Source: an uncultured Muribaculaceae bacterium
GTDB lineage: Bacteria > Bacillota_I > Bacilli_A > RF39 > UBA660
Direction of reading: 5' to 3'
Assembly (NCBI GenBank): GCA_964533935.1
Contig: CAZHOG010000005.1
Location: forward strand, 6,402 to 70,401
Length of the DNA: 64,000 nt
Below, piece after piece: positions 9,046 through 19,709 of the stretch; the stretch's first letter is position 1; each line of letters begins with the position of its first letter. Below the pieces are notes generated by a model. That model saw nothing but the letters and a program-made list of their open reading frames with translations. It was not told the DNA's origin and searched no databases. The position numbers and the translations under genes were made by a program.

Positions 9046-9128
9046 ATCCTTATTAATATTATAACTTCTATTTTTAAATAATCAATAGAATTTGTAAATC
9101 AATTGTGCTACAATATGGTTAGAATAAG

Positions 9129-10835
9129 ATGGGAAGATATAATATGATAGAAAGAGCTCAAGCAAGAAAAATTTTAGAATACTATGGATATACACAAGCA
9201 AACATTGAACCTTTTTTATATTGTGAAAACGGTGTTGCTGGATTGTTTGTTACATTGAAAACAAAATATGGTCATTTATCAAGACTTTTAAAATTTGAAT
9301 CAGAAGATAAATTAAAAAAATTTTTGAAAATCTATACTTGGTATCGAAAAAATTTAAAATCAGAATTTGTAACTGTGTCTTTTAGTGACTATATTAATCT
9401 ATCCCCAGAAGTGAAATTTTTTTATAAAGATCATGAATTAAATGAAATTAATGTTATGGATGTTGAATCACTTGATAAACCCGTTGAAGAATTAGTGATA
9501 GATACAACTGTTGATGAAAATATAGAATTGAGTAATGTTGTTATAGATTTAATACAAAGTTTTTTTGATGAAATTAAAGATGCTCAACAAGAATTGAAAA
9601 ATGTTTTTCAAGAATTTATGAATAAATTAGATGAATATGGAAATTATTTTTCTGTTGATAAGGATAAAAAATTAGTATCTAATTCAACAATATTTGATAA
9701 TTATAATAATGCAATAAAAATAAATATTGAACAAAATACTAATTCATTTGAAAAAGATTTTAATGATCTTATTGATGTCTATAAAAAAGTTCAATTAGAT
9801 ACTAATTATATTGATAATTTATTTTTAATATCTTTTTATAACGAAGAAATACGATATATGAATGATATATTAAATGAATATAAAATTTATAATAATTTAA
9901 AAGAATCTGATTTTAAAAAGAAATATAAAAAGAAAAATGTTCCATTTGATGTATATTTAAGCGATAAAAATATTGCTAAAAATCAAACCAACAAAGAGAT
10001 TATAAAATCTGACAAAGAAATTTTGGCAGATAAAAATATTGAACAATTTAAAAATAAAAGTATTTCACATTTGAAATCTATATTTAATATTGTTAAAGAA
10101 CCAATCAAGGAAGAAAAAGTAATTACAAAAGAATTAACTCATGATGAAAAATATATGGATATAGCATCAGAATTTAATAATAATTCTATTGAACAAAGAA
10201 ATATGATTCTTGCAATTAATTCACCAATTAAATCTTTAATTAATATATTGTATACAATTGATAAAAATAAAATTGGGGTTGAATATGTAAAAAGTAATTA
10301 CTTTGATGATTTTAATGATTTATATATTATTTTAAGTAATCAGGATAATTATGCAAAAACTAGAAAATATTTGAAATTCATAAAATTGGATTTTTTTGAT
10401 GAGTTTATTCAAAGCATTATTAATATGTTTAATAATTTTGAATTTATTTCTACAAGGTTAAATTATGAACTTGATATTAACTTTAAATTAGGTACAATTA
10501 AAAATGCTTATATAATTAATGCAAGTGTTGAAAATGAATATCCAATAAATAATAAAGGCAAAAATAATTACTGCCACTCAAAATTGAAAGCAAATAGTTC
10601 TTTTATTTATTCGCCATATATAATAAAAATTGATGATGATAATTGCATTTATGCAGAAAAAAATATGAGTATAATAAATATAAATTTAAATAATTATAAA
10701 GTTTCTATTATAAATAAGATATTAGTAAATAATTATTCTATGAAAAAAGATATAAATTCTAGTGAAGGAAAAATTCAATTTCCATTATTTAGTGAAAAAC
10801 AGTATTGCGAAGTTGAATTAAATGTAAATATATAG
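9129..10835 (+). CDS. Hypothetical protein (about 565 aa), Asn/Lys-rich, no recognisable domain
   Basis: Long clean ORF. The start could be ATG 9129 or 9144. No family recognised. Confidence 0.5.
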   Translation: MGRYNMIERAQARKILEYYGYTQANIEPFLYCENGVAGLFVTLKTKYGHLSRLLKFESEDKLKKFLKIYTWYRKNLKSEFVTVSFSDYINLSPEVKFFYKDHELNEINVMDVESLDKPVEELVIDTTVDENIELSNVVIDLIQSFFDEIKDAQQELKNVFQEFMNKLDEYGNYFSVDKDKKLVSNSTIFDNYNNAIKINIEQNTNSFEKDFNDLIDVYKKVQLDTNYIDNLFLISFYNEEIRYMNDILNEYKIYNNLKESDFKKKYKKKNVPFDVYLSDKNIAKNQTNKEIIKSDKEILADKNIEQFKNKSISHLKSIFNIVKEPIKEEKVITKELTHDEKYMDIASEFNNNSIEQRNMILAINSPIKSLINILYTIDKNKIGVEYVKSNYFDDFNDLYIILSNQDNYAKTRKYLKFIKLDFFDEFIQSIINMFNNFEFISTRLNYELDINFKLGTIKNAYIINASVENEYPINNKGKNNYCHSKLKANSSFIYSPYIIKIDDDNCIYAEKNMSIININLNNYKVSIINKILVNNYSMKKDINSSEGKIQFPLFSEKQYCEVELNVNI

Positions 10836-10844
10836 GAGAAATAT

Positions 10845-11348
10845 ATGAATAAAGAAAAGTACTTAAAAGAACTTGAAAAAAGATTATTGTTTTTAAATCC
10901 TGAAGATAAACAAGCAGAAATTTTTCGAGTAAGTAATGATTTTGATTCTGATAAAGTAGTAAATGATTTAAGTATAGAGGTTAATGATATTTATAAGAAA
11001 TATAATATTGATTATGAAAAAAAGTTAAAAAATGCTAATAAAAAATATGTGGTATTTTTAAATAGTATTGGAGCATCTTTTGAAAAGTTCATTAATCATA
11101 TCAAAAAGAATAATACTAAAGAAAATATTAATGTTTTTATGTCAATCTTGGTTTTGGTTTTAATAACATCTATTTTAAAACTTCCATTTATCGCTATAGA
11201 AACTCTGGTATTTTCAATATTTAAAACAGCATTGCCAACAATTTTTTATAATGTATTCAATATTATTATTGAATTATTATATATAATATTTGCAATTTAT
11301 TTCTTTATAAAGGTATTTAAAAAATTATTTAAGGATATATTAAAATAA
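10845..11348 (+). CDS. DUF1700-like membrane protein (N-terminus like the DUF1700 gene at 23542)
   Basis: MNKEKYLKELEKRLLFLNPEDKQAEIF resembles the DUF1700 N-terminal helix. C-terminal TM helices. RBS TAGGAG. Confidence 0.45.
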   Translation: MNKEKYLKELEKRLLFLNPEDKQAEIFRVSNDFDSDKVVNDLSIEVNDIYKKYNIDYEKKLKNANKKYVVFLNSIGASFEKFINHIKKNNTKENINVFMSILVLVLITSILKLPFIAIETLVFSIFKTALPTIFYNVFNIIIELLYIIFAIYFFIKVFKKLFKDILK

Positions 11349-11349
11349 G

Positions 11350-11376
11350 TGTTTAAAAAAGTTTAAACACTTTTTT
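11350..11376 (+). terminator. Rho-independent terminator
   Basis: A 9-bp stem GTGTTTAAA / TTTAAACAC is followed by TTTTTT, directly after the 11348 stop. Confidence 0.6.
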
Positions 11377-11377
11377 C

Positions 11378-11406
11378 TTGCAAAAATGCAAGTTTTGGTG
11401 TATTAT
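11378..11406 (+). promoter_or_regulatory. Sigma-A-type promoter for typA (-35 TTGCAA, 17 nt spacer, -10 TATTAT)
   Basis: TTGCAA at 11378-11383 and TATTAT at 11401-11406. Confidence 0.45.
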
Positions 11407-11433
11407 CAACTGGTATGTAAAGGGAGTGAGTTT

Positions 11434-13236
11434 ATGGATAAAATCATAAATATAGCAGTTGTTGCTCACGTTGACGCAGGTAAATCAACATTAGTTGATG
11501 CTTTACTAGAACAAAATGGTGTTTTTTCACAACATGAAGAAGTTGTGGATTGTGTTATGGATAGCAATGATATTGAAAGAGAAAGAGGAATAACAATTTA
11601 TTCTAAGAATTGTGCTATCCGTTATAAAGATTATAAAATTAATATAGTAGATACACCAGGACATGCTGATTTTTCATCAGAAGTAGAAAGAGTTATCAGA
11701 ACTGTTGATACAGTTATATTAATAGTTGACTCATCAGAAGGACCAATGCCTCAAACTAGATTTGTTTTAAAGAAAGCTTTAGAACAAAATTTAAGACCAA
11801 TTTTATTTATTAATAAAATTGATAAAAAAGATGCAAGACCTGAAGAAGTAGTTGATATGACATTTAATTTATTTATGGAATTAAACGCTACTGATGAGCA
11901 ATTAGATTTCCCAATAATTTATGGTGTTGCAAAACAAGGTATTGCTACTAAATCATTAGATGTTGAATCTGATTCTATTGAACCATTACTTGAAACTGTA
12001 ATTAAACAAGTTGAACCTTTTAAGGACAATGAAAATGATAATTTACAATTACAAGTATCTGCATTAGATTATGATGATTATATTGGAAGACTTGGTATAG
12101 GTCGTGTTAATAAAGGTAAAATTAAATCTGGAGAATTAGTATCTTTAGCAAAAAATAATGGTAAAATTGAATCATTTAAAATTTCAAAATTATTTGTTAA
12201 TGAAGGAATTAAGAGAGTAGAAAAACAAGAAGCTTTCTATGGGGATATTGTTACTATTGCTGGATGTTCTGATATATCTATTGGTGACACAATTTGCCAA
12301 AAAGATGTTATTGATGCATTGCCTCCAATTGAAATTGAAAAACCAACATTATCAATGAATTTCTTAGTAAATAATTCACCATTTGTTGGTAAAAGTGGTA
12401 AATTCTTAACTACTAGACATATTAAAGATAGATTAGAAAAAGAATTACAAACTAATGTAGGATTAATTGTTGAAGAATTACCAGGATCTGATGGTTTTAA
12501 AGTTAGTGGACGTGGAGAACTTCATTTATCAATTTTAATTGAAAACATGAGAAGAGAAGGATATGAATTATCTGTATCTAAACCAGAGGTTTTATTAGAA
12601 GAAATTAATGGTAAAAAATGTGAACCTTTTGAAAAAGTATTAATTAATGTTCCTCAAGATTATTCTGGAACTATTATTAATGATTTACAAGAAAGAAAAG
12701 CTGTTTTAACATCAATTACTAATACTGATGATAATTATGTTCACTTAGAATTTAGTGCTCCAACACGTGGTTTAATAGGTTATAGAAGTTCGTTCATAAC
12801 TAATACTAAAGGTGAAGGAATCATGGTTAGAAGTTTTGATGAATATAAACCATATGTAGGTGAAATTACAAGACGTAAAAATGGTGTTCTAGTTTCTATG
12901 GAAAATGGAAAAACATTAGGTTACTCATTATTCAACTTACAAGACAGAGGTACACTAGTTGTTGAACCAGCTACAGATGTTTATGTAGGAATGATTGTAG
13001 GTATTAATAATCGTGAAAATGATTTAGATGTTAACCCATGTAAAAATAAAAACTTAACTAATACAAGATCAAGTGGTGCTGATGAAGCTATTAACTTAAT
13101 TAAACCAAAAACATTTAGTCTTGAAGAAGCTTTAGAGTTTATTGAAGACGATGAATATGTTGAAGTTACACCTGATGCAATTAGATTAAGAAAAAAATAC
13201 CTAGATCCAAAAGAAAGATTTAGAAATAATAGATAA
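11434..13236 (+). CDS. typA: Translational GTPase TypA/BipA
   Basis: [21 protein letters not shown] (G1), DTPGHADF and NKIDK motifs, then an EF-G-like domain II-V order. RBS AGGGAGTGAG. Confidence 0.9.
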   Translation: MDKIINIAVVAHVDAGKSTLVDALLEQNGVFSQHEEVVDCVMDSNDIERERGITIYSKNCAIRYKDYKINIVDTPGHADFSSEVERVIRTVDTVILIVDSSEGPMPQTRFVLKKALEQNLRPILFINKIDKKDARPEEVVDMTFNLFMELNATDEQLDFPIIYGVAKQGIATKSLDVESDSIEPLLETVIKQVEPFKDNENDNLQLQVSALDYDDYIGRLGIGRVNKGKIKSGELVSLAKNNGKIESFKISKLFVNEGIKRVEKQEAFYGDIVTIAGCSDISIGDTICQKDVIDALPPIEIEKPTLSMNFLVNNSPFVGKSGKFLTTRHIKDRLEKELQTNVGLIVEELPGSDGFKVSGRGELHLSILIENMRREGYELSVSKPEVLLEEINGKKCEPFEKVLINVPQDYSGTIINDLQERKAVLTSITNTDDNYVHLEFSAPTRGLIGYRSSFITNTKGEGIMVRSFDEYKPYVGEITRRKNGVLVSMENGKTLGYSLFNLQDRGTLVVEPATDVYVGMIVGINNRENDLDVNPCKNKNLTNTRSSGADEAINLIKPKTFSLEEALEFIEDDEYVEVTPDAIRLRKKYLDPKERFRNNR

Positions 13237-13262
13237 GCAAAGTAAAAACTTTGCTTTTTTTG
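13237..13262 (+). terminator. Rho-independent terminator after typA
   Basis: GCAAAGT-aaaa-ACTTTGC followed by TTTTTTTT. Confidence 0.6.
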
Positions 13263-13286
13263 TGCATAATAGTAAAAGGTGAAAAA

Positions 13287-13787
13287 ATGAAAAACAAAGA
13301 AGAATTAGTAAAAATATTATTAGCACAAGATTTAAAAACAAAAGAGAAAAAAGAATTATTTGATTTGCTATTAAATGAACAAATAACTATTAATATTGAA
13401 AAAGAAGAAGAATCAAAATTAACCTTTGGCGATAAAGCGGCAGATAAATTTAGTGAATTTGCAGGTAGTTGGAAATTTATAATTGGATTTTCATTATTTT
13501 TGTTATTATGGATAATTGTTAATGGATTAGTTTTAAATAGTTCAATTGATCCATATCCATTTATATTATTGAATTTATTACTATCATGTCTTGCAGCAAT
13601 TCAAGCTCCTATTATTATGATGAGTCAAAATAGACAAGAGAAAAAAGATAGTTTAAGAAATCAAAATGATTATCAAGTTGATTTAAAAAGTGAACTTCTT
13701 TTAGAAGATTTACATAATAAGCTTTCACAAATTTTAAAAAATGAAGAAAAAATAATAAAATCTTTAAAGAAATATAATATAAAATAA
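13287..13787 (+). CDS. DUF1003 domain membrane protein
   Basis: FGDKAADKFSEFAGSWKFIIGFSLFLLLWIIVNG...DPYPFILLNLLLSCLAAIQAPIIMMSQNRQ is the conserved DUF1003 core. RBS AAAGGTGA. Confidence 0.6.
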   Translation: MKNKEELVKILLAQDLKTKEKKELFDLLLNEQITINIEKEEESKLTFGDKAADKFSEFAGSWKFIIGFSLFLLLWIIVNGLVLNSSIDPYPFILLNLLLSCLAAIQAPIIMMSQNRQEKKDSLRNQNDYQVDLKSELLLEDLHNKLSQILKNEEKIIKSLKKYNIK

Positions 13788-13854
13788 TACTATTACATTG
13801 CATTTTTTCAGGTTTCTTAGTATACTACGAATAGAAAAAAGGAAGTGTTTGGAC

Positions 13855-15336
13855 TTGAGAGAATTTACAGAACAAGAATTAGTTAGAAGAGATAAAGCTG
13901 AAAAAATTAGAGAAATGGGTATGGATCCATTTGGACATGTATTTAAAAGAACAGCATTTAATAAAGATATTAAAGAAAAATATGAACCAATTGAACATGA
14001 TGAATTTGAAAATATAAATGATGAATTTACTATTGCAGGTAGAATTATGTTTATTAGAAAAATGGGTAAGGCATCATTTTTTTCTATCCAAGATAAAACT
14101 GATAAAATGCAAGTATATATTTCAATAAATGATATTGGTGAAGAAAGTTATACATTATTTAAAACTGCAGATATTGGAGATATAGTTGGAGTACGTGGAA
14201 AAGTAATGAAAACTAAAACAGGTGAAATAACTTTAAAATGTTTAGAATATACACATTTAGTTAAAGCACTAAAACCATTACCAGAAAAATTTCATGGATT
14301 AACTGATATTGAAGAAAGATATAGAAGACGTTATGTAGATTTAATAATGAATGATGATTCAAAAAGAATTGCTTTTGAAAGACCAAAAATTATTAGATGC
14401 ATCCAAAATTATATGGATGGATTAGGTTTTGCTGAAGTTGAAACACCAGTATTAACAACACTTTTAACTGGAGCAGCTGCAAGACCATTTGTTACTCATC
14501 ATAATGCTCAAGATTTAGACATGTATTTAAGAATAGCATTAGAATTACCATTGAAAAGATTATTAGTTGGTGGTATGGAAGCTGTTTATGAAATAGGTAG
14601 AACATTTAGAAATGAAGGAATGGATCCTAAACATAATCCTGAATTTACTTTAATGGAAGCTTATTTAGCATACTCTGATTTAGAAGGTATGATGGAATTA
14701 ACTGAAAATATGTATAAAACTATTGCAGAAAAAGTATACGGTAGATATATTTTTAACTGGGGTGGAAATGAAATTGATTTAAGTAATTTCAAAAGAATTA
14801 GTATGGTAGATGCTATTAAGGAAGAAACTGGTATCGATTTTAAAAAGGAAATGACTTTAGATGAAGCTTTAGAACTTGCAGAAAAACATCAAATACCTGT
14901 TGAAAACCATCAAAAAAATATTGGACATATAATTAATTTATTCTTTGAAAAATATGTAGAAGAAACTTTAATTCAACCAACATTCTTATATGGTCATCCA
15001 GTAGAGATTTCACCATTAACAAAGAAAAATCCAGAAGATCCTAGATTTGTTGATAGATTTGAATTATTCATTGGTGGAAAAGAATTTGCTAATGCTTATA
15101 CTGAATTAAATGATCCAATTGATCAATTAAATAGATTTGAAGATCAATTAAAAGAAAGAGATTTAGGAAATGATGAAGCAAATGATATCGATATGGACTT
15201 CATTGAAGCTCTAGAATATGGAATGCCTCCAGCTGGTGGAATTGGATATGGAATCGATAGATTGTGTATGTTATTCACTGAACAAGATTCAATTAGAGAT
15301 GTAATATTATTCCCAACTATGAAAAATAGAGGATAA
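13855..15336 (+). CDS. lysS: Lysine--tRNA ligase (class II)
   Basis: TEQELVRRDKAEKIREMGMDPFG, then an OB-fold region and class II motifs (FRNEGMDPKHNPEFT, GGIGYGIDRL). The start is probably TTG at 13855 or 13849, after RBS AAAAAGGAAG. The ORF-track start at 13798 is too early. Confidence 0.85.
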   Translation: MREFTEQELVRRDKAEKIREMGMDPFGHVFKRTAFNKDIKEKYEPIEHDEFENINDEFTIAGRIMFIRKMGKASFFSIQDKTDKMQVYISINDIGEESYTLFKTADIGDIVGVRGKVMKTKTGEITLKCLEYTHLVKALKPLPEKFHGLTDIEERYRRRYVDLIMNDDSKRIAFERPKIIRCIQNYMDGLGFAEVETPVLTTLLTGAAARPFVTHHNAQDLDMYLRIALELPLKRLLVGGMEAVYEIGRTFRNEGMDPKHNPEFTLMEAYLAYSDLEGMMELTENMYKTIAEKVYGRYIFNWGGNEIDLSNFKRISMVDAIKEETGIDFKKEMTLDEALELAEKHQIPVENHQKNIGHIINLFFEKYVEETLIQPTFLYGHPVEISPLTKKNPEDPRFVDRFELFIGGKEFANAYTELNDPIDQLNRFEDQLKERDLGNDEANDIDMDFIEALEYGMPPAGGIGYGIDRLCMLFTEQDSIRDVILFPTMKNRG

Positions 15337-15356
15337 GTTTCATTTTATTTTCACAT

Positions 15357-15381
15357 AAAAGACTTAAAAAGTCTTTTTTTT
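15357..15381 (+). terminator. Rho-independent terminator after lysS
   Basis: AAAAGAC-ttaaaaa-GTCTTTT followed by a T-run. Confidence 0.55.
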
Positions 15382-15422
15382 AGTTATTAATTGATATATA
15401 ATTATAACAGGAGGTAGAGAAA

Positions 15423-16832
15423 ATGAAAAAATTATTCAAAGAGAATGATTTAGTAAAAGTTGTTACAATTGCAATCTTAGTTACTTTAGTTCTTTCTTGG
15501 ATAATTCCTGGTGGAAGCTTTTCTGGTTCTGAATTTACTGATTCAGGTTTAACTAGATTAGGATTAAATGAAGCTGCATTATCTGTTGTATATAGTGTTA
15601 GTTTCTTCTTACAACAAATTGCGTTTGTATTAATTCTTGGAGCTTTTTATGGAGTTATTTCAAAGACTAATGGTTATAAAGAACTAGTTACTAGATGTGC
15701 AAAATTTGTTAAAGGAAAGGAAATACCTGTTGTATTAACTGTTTCTGCATTAATAGCATTATTTGTATCTTTAAGTTCACAAATATTTATTTCAATGATC
15801 TTTATACCATTTGTTATAACTGTTTTATTAAGATCAAATCTTGATAAAAAAACTGCATTTATAGCTACATTTGGTTCAATCTTCATTGGAATGATTGGAG
15901 CAACATATGGTACTGAAGGATTATACTATTTTAATTATTACTTAGGAACAAAGATTACTACTGAAATTACAATAAGATTTGCTATATTAGCAATAGCTTA
16001 TGTATTATTTAGTTTATTCAATGTTAAACATATTAAAAAAGTATTATCTAGCAAAAAAGCAATTGATGAATCTAAAGAAGATAAATTTGCTGTAGAAGCT
16101 TCTTCTAAAAAGAAACAAAAAGTATGGCCAATTATCGTGCTATTATCTATTGTTGCAGTATTTGCAATTTTAGGATATGTAAAATGGGAAGAAAGTTTCA
16201 ATATTACATGTTTTAATAGTTTCCATGAATGGTTAATAGGTTTAAAGATTAGTAAATATACAATTGTTTCTTATATCTTAGGAAAAGTTACAGCATTTGG
16301 TACATGGGAATTATATTCAATTAACACAATTTTATTTGTAGTAATGATTATTTCTGCTATCATATACAAGGTTAACTTAGATGATTGTATTGATGGAATT
16401 GGAAATGGATTAAAACAAATGGCTAAACCAGCAGTATTTATGGTTTTAGGATATGCTGTATTCGTATTAATTTACTGGGCACCAATTGTTCCAACAATTT
16501 CACATTGGTTACTAAAATCATCATTTAATCCATTCTCAACAACTTTAGCTGCATTCATATCATCAGTATTTACTGCTGATTTTGGATACACTGGTTACAC
16601 AGTTGGAGCATATTTAACTGCTGCTTATGCAAATAATATGAATCAAGCTTATGTAATTTATGCAGCAATGCATGGATTTGCACAAATGATTGCACCAACA
16701 AGTGTTATCTTACTTGCAGGATTAAGTTATGTAGGAATTTCTTACAAAGACTGGATGAAACATATTTGGAAATTTATCGTAGCATTGCTAGTTATATTAG
16801 TAATCATCTTCGCTTTATTAACATATATGTAA
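15423..16832 (+). CDS. YfcC / C4-dicarboxylate anaerobic carrier family transporter
   Basis: 469 aa polytopic. The N-terminus KVVTIAILVTLVLSWIIPGGSF is typical of the YfcC (ArcD-like) family. RBS AGGAGG. Confidence 0.6.
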   Translation: MKKLFKENDLVKVVTIAILVTLVLSWIIPGGSFSGSEFTDSGLTRLGLNEAALSVVYSVSFFLQQIAFVLILGAFYGVISKTNGYKELVTRCAKFVKGKEIPVVLTVSALIALFVSLSSQIFISMIFIPFVITVLLRSNLDKKTAFIATFGSIFIGMIGATYGTEGLYYFNYYLGTKITTEITIRFAILAIAYVLFSLFNVKHIKKVLSSKKAIDESKEDKFAVEASSKKKQKVWPIIVLLSIVAVFAILGYVKWEESFNITCFNSFHEWLIGLKISKYTIVSYILGKVTAFGTWELYSINTILFVVMIISAIIYKVNLDDCIDGIGNGLKQMAKPAVFMVLGYAVFVLIYWAPIVPTISHWLLKSSFNPFSTTLAAFISSVFTADFGYTGYTVGAYLTAAYANNMNQAYVIYAAMHGFAQMIAPTSVILLAGLSYVGISYKDWMKHIWKFIVALLVILVIIFALLTYM

Positions 16833-16839
16833 TAATTAA

Positions 16840-16864
16840 GTACTAGTTTACTAGTGCTTTTTTT
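16840..16864 (+). terminator. Rho-independent terminator after the transporter gene
   Basis: A 7-bp stem GTACTAG / CTAGTGC with a 4-nt loop, then TTTTTTT. Confidence 0.5.
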
Positions 16865-16920
16865 ATGCTCTTTAATGATATAAGAAAAAGTGTTATAATT
16901 AAGAAATAATGGAGGTAATT

Positions 16921-17862
16921 ATGAAGAAAGTATTAGTTACTGGTGCTGCTGGATGCTTAGGAAAATTAGTAATAAAATATTTATTGAGCGAAGGCAAATA
17001 TGAAATAACTGCTATTGATATGAAAAATAGAAATAGTTATAAAGTTCTAAAAAAATATAATAAAAGAATTAATATAATATATGGTGATATAACTGACCCA
17101 ATCTTAATTGATGCAGTTGTAAAAGAACATGATTATATTATTCATTTAGCAAGCATTAATCCAATATTAACAACCTTAAATAAAAAAGTATCTGAAGAAA
17201 TAGATTATAAAGGAACAGAAAATATTGTGCGTGCTATTACTTTTTATAATCCAAAATGTTTTTTGATTTATCCATCAACAACTAATATTTATGGAAAAAG
17301 AAATAAAGAAGTATCAACTAATGATAGAGGACATATCAATGAAATGGATTATTATACTTTATCTAAATCAAATTGTGAGAAATTAATTAAAAATAAACTT
17401 TCTAATTATGTTATTTATCGTTTACCTAATGTATTAACTAATTTAAATAAAGAAAATTTTTCATATAATATGATTAATAATAATGGAGAATTTATAACAG
17501 ACATCGATGCCGCTTATGGATTAGTTAAGTCTATTGAAATGAAAAATAGTATTAATAAAAAAGTGTATAATTTAACAGGTGGTATAAATTGCCGAATCAC
17601 ATCAAATGAATTATTAATAGAAATATTGAAAATTTATGGCCTTAGTAAAAAATTCTTATGGGCTAAAATATTTATGGAAAAAACTTTTATACCTAATGAA
17701 TTTAGTGATAGCCAAAAAATAGAAAATATTCTTCATTACCAAAATGATTCAATTTCATCATATTTAATGAGATTGAAAAGACAAAGTAAAAATACAAGAA
17801 AAATAAATTGCACATTTGCTAAACCATTTATTTATATTATGAAAAAAAGGAATAGCAAATGA
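16921..17862 (+). CDS. NAD-dependent epimerase/dehydratase family protein
   Basis: MKKVLVTGAAGCLGKLV matches the GxxGxxG motif. Catalytic YxxxK at YTLSK. GGAGG RBS 5 nt before the ATG at 16921. Confidence 0.65.
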   Translation: MKKVLVTGAAGCLGKLVIKYLLSEGKYEITAIDMKNRNSYKVLKKYNKRINIIYGDITDPILIDAVVKEHDYIIHLASINPILTTLNKKVSEEIDYKGTENIVRAITFYNPKCFLIYPSTTNIYGKRNKEVSTNDRGHINEMDYYTLSKSNCEKLIKNKLSNYVIYRLPNVLTNLNKENFSYNMINNNGEFITDIDAAYGLVKSIEMKNSINKKVYNLTGGINCRITSNELLIEILKIYGLSKKFLWAKIFMEKTFIPNEFSDSQKIENILHYQNDSISSYLMRLKRQSKNTRKINCTFAKPFIYIMKKRNSK

Positions 17863-18890
17863 TTGGATTATCTTTAGAAGGTGGCGGAGTAAAAGGAGCT
17901 TATCAAGCTGGAGCTTATATGGCTTTTAAAAAATGTCATATAAAATTTGATGGAATTGTAGGAACATCTATTGGTTCTTTAAATGGAGCTTTAATTGCCA
18001 GTGGTGATGGCGATAAGATGGTTGAGATGTGGAAAAATATTGATATTGCCAAAGCTCTATTATTTAATCCTGAAAAAATAGCAAAATTAGAAGCTAAAGA
18101 TCCTTTTGTTTTTGCCTCAATACTTTCAGATATCATAAAAAATAAAGGTATTTCAACAGATGGTCTAATAGAAATAATTGAAAATAATGTAAATGAAGAG
18201 AAGTTAAAAAAATCAAAAAAAGACTATGGACTTTGCACAGTTAGAGTTAAAGGCATGAAACCATTATATTTACTTAAAGAAGATATTCCTAAAAATACTT
18301 TAGGCAAATTTATAATGAATAGTTGCTATTTGCCAGTTTTTAAAATGGAAAAAAGTGTAGATAATAGTTATTATTTGGATGGTGGATTTTATGATAATTC
18401 TCCATATAATATGCTTATTAAAAAAGGATATAATAAAATATATAATGTTGGAATGCATGGAATTGGTTTTAGTAGAAAACCAATTAAGGGTGTAGAAATA
18501 ATAAATATAAAACCAATAAGGTCGGTTGGTGGAATTATAACATTTAATAAAAATGTTATTGAAGAAACTATTGAAATGGGCTATTTTGATACTCTTAGAG
18601 TATTAAAAAAATATGATGGCTATAATTACGTTTTTAAAAGAAAAAAATTAAAATTTTATCAAAGGATAATTAAAAAAATAAATAGAAAAGAAATTAAAAG
18701 AGTTGAAAATTTCTTCTTTTCTAAAAATGAAAAAGAAACAATAATTAATGCAGTTGAATACATTATGAGAAAAGAAAAAATTAATTATTATAAAATATAT
18801 AATATAAAAAAGATTATTAGAATGATTAAGAAAAAATATAAAAAAGATCATTTTGTATATAATTTTGTTCGAAATTTAAATGTTTTGTAG
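17859..18890 (+). CDS. Patatin-like phospholipase family protein
   Basis: LSLEGGGVKGAYQAG is the oxyanion GGxxG. GTSIGS is the GxSxG nucleophile elbow. YLDGG carries the catalytic Asp of the DGG motif. The start overlaps the previous stop (ATGA). Confidence 0.8.
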   Translation: MIGLSLEGGGVKGAYQAGAYMAFKKCHIKFDGIVGTSIGSLNGALIASGDGDKMVEMWKNIDIAKALLFNPEKIAKLEAKDPFVFASILSDIIKNKGISTDGLIEIIENNVNEEKLKKSKKDYGLCTVRVKGMKPLYLLKEDIPKNTLGKFIMNSCYLPVFKMEKSVDNSYYLDGGFYDNSPYNMLIKKGYNKIYNVGMHGIGFSRKPIKGVEIINIKPIRSVGGIITFNKNVIEETIEMGYFDTLRVLKKYDGYNYVFKRKKLKFYQRIIKKINRKEIKRVENFFFSKNEKETIINAVEYIMRKEKINYYKIYNIKKIIRMIKKKYKKDHFVYNFVRNLNVL

Positions 18891-18916
18891 TATAATATCA
18901 ACGAAAGAGGTGTTTT

Positions 18917-19633
18917 ATGGGAAGAGCATATGAGGTAAGAAAAGCAAGTATTCAAAAAACTGGAGCAGCAAAAGCAAAATTATATTCTACTTTTGCTAAA
19001 GAAATTTATTTAGCAGCTAAAGGTAATCCAGAAATTGAAACTAATATAAGTTTAAAAAGAGTTTGTGACAAAGCAAAAAAACAACAAGTTCCTGCTGATA
19101 TTATTAATCGTGCAATTGATAAAGCAAAAGGCGCTAATGGTGATGACTATAAAGAAGTTGTTTATGAAGGATTTGGTCCTGGAGCTTCAACTTTAATTGT
19201 TAATACACTTACAGATAATGTTAATAGAACAGTTGCTTATGTAAGAGAAGCTTTTAATAAAGCACATAAAAGTTTAGGTGTATCAAATTCGGTATCATAC
19301 AATTATGATCATTTAGCAATTGTAAGTTTTAATTCAGATAAAGAAGAAGAAATATTAGATGCTGTAATAATGGCTGGTATAGATCCAATAGATTTTGAAT
19401 CAGATGAAGGAATAATAACAATATCTGTTAACCCAAGTGATAGAAATAAACTTAAAGATGCAATTGAAACTATTTTGCCAAGTGTTGAATATGACTTTGA
19501 TGAAGTAGGCATGTTTGCAAAAGATAAAGTTAAACTTGAAGGCGAAGAATTAGAAGTATTTACAAGGCTATTAACAATGTTAGAAAACATTGAAGATGTT
19601 ACTGAAGTTTACCATAATGTTGAATTAGACTAA
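18917..19633 (+). CDS. yebC: YebC/PmpR family DNA-binding transcriptional regulator
   Basis: The MGRAYEVRKASIQKTGAAKAKLYS N-terminus is characteristic of YebC. RBS AAAGAGGTG. Confidence 0.85.
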   Translation: MGRAYEVRKASIQKTGAAKAKLYSTFAKEIYLAAKGNPEIETNISLKRVCDKAKKQQVPADIINRAIDKAKGANGDDYKEVVYEGFGPGASTLIVNTLTDNVNRTVAYVREAFNKAHKSLGVSNSVSYNYDHLAIVSFNSDKEEEILDAVIMAGIDPIDFESDEGIITISVNPSDRNKLKDAIETILPSVEYDFDEVGMFAKDKVKLEGEELEVFTRLLTMLENIEDVTEVYHNVELD

Positions 19634-19709
19634 TAAATGATTGAATTCAATCATTTTTTTCATTTGTTTTTCACAAATATATAGTATATTTAAGTTAAGA
19701 GGTGAGATT

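Noticed and set aside
13798-13854. Upstream extension of lysS, and a possible T-box leader
   Set aside because: The ORF-track start precedes the RBS. The gap to the previous gene is only about 65 nt and lacks T-box specifier or antiterminator features.
15674-16201. Minus-strand ORFs inside the YfcC transporter gene
   Set aside because: Antisense to a long, well-supported membrane-protein ORF.
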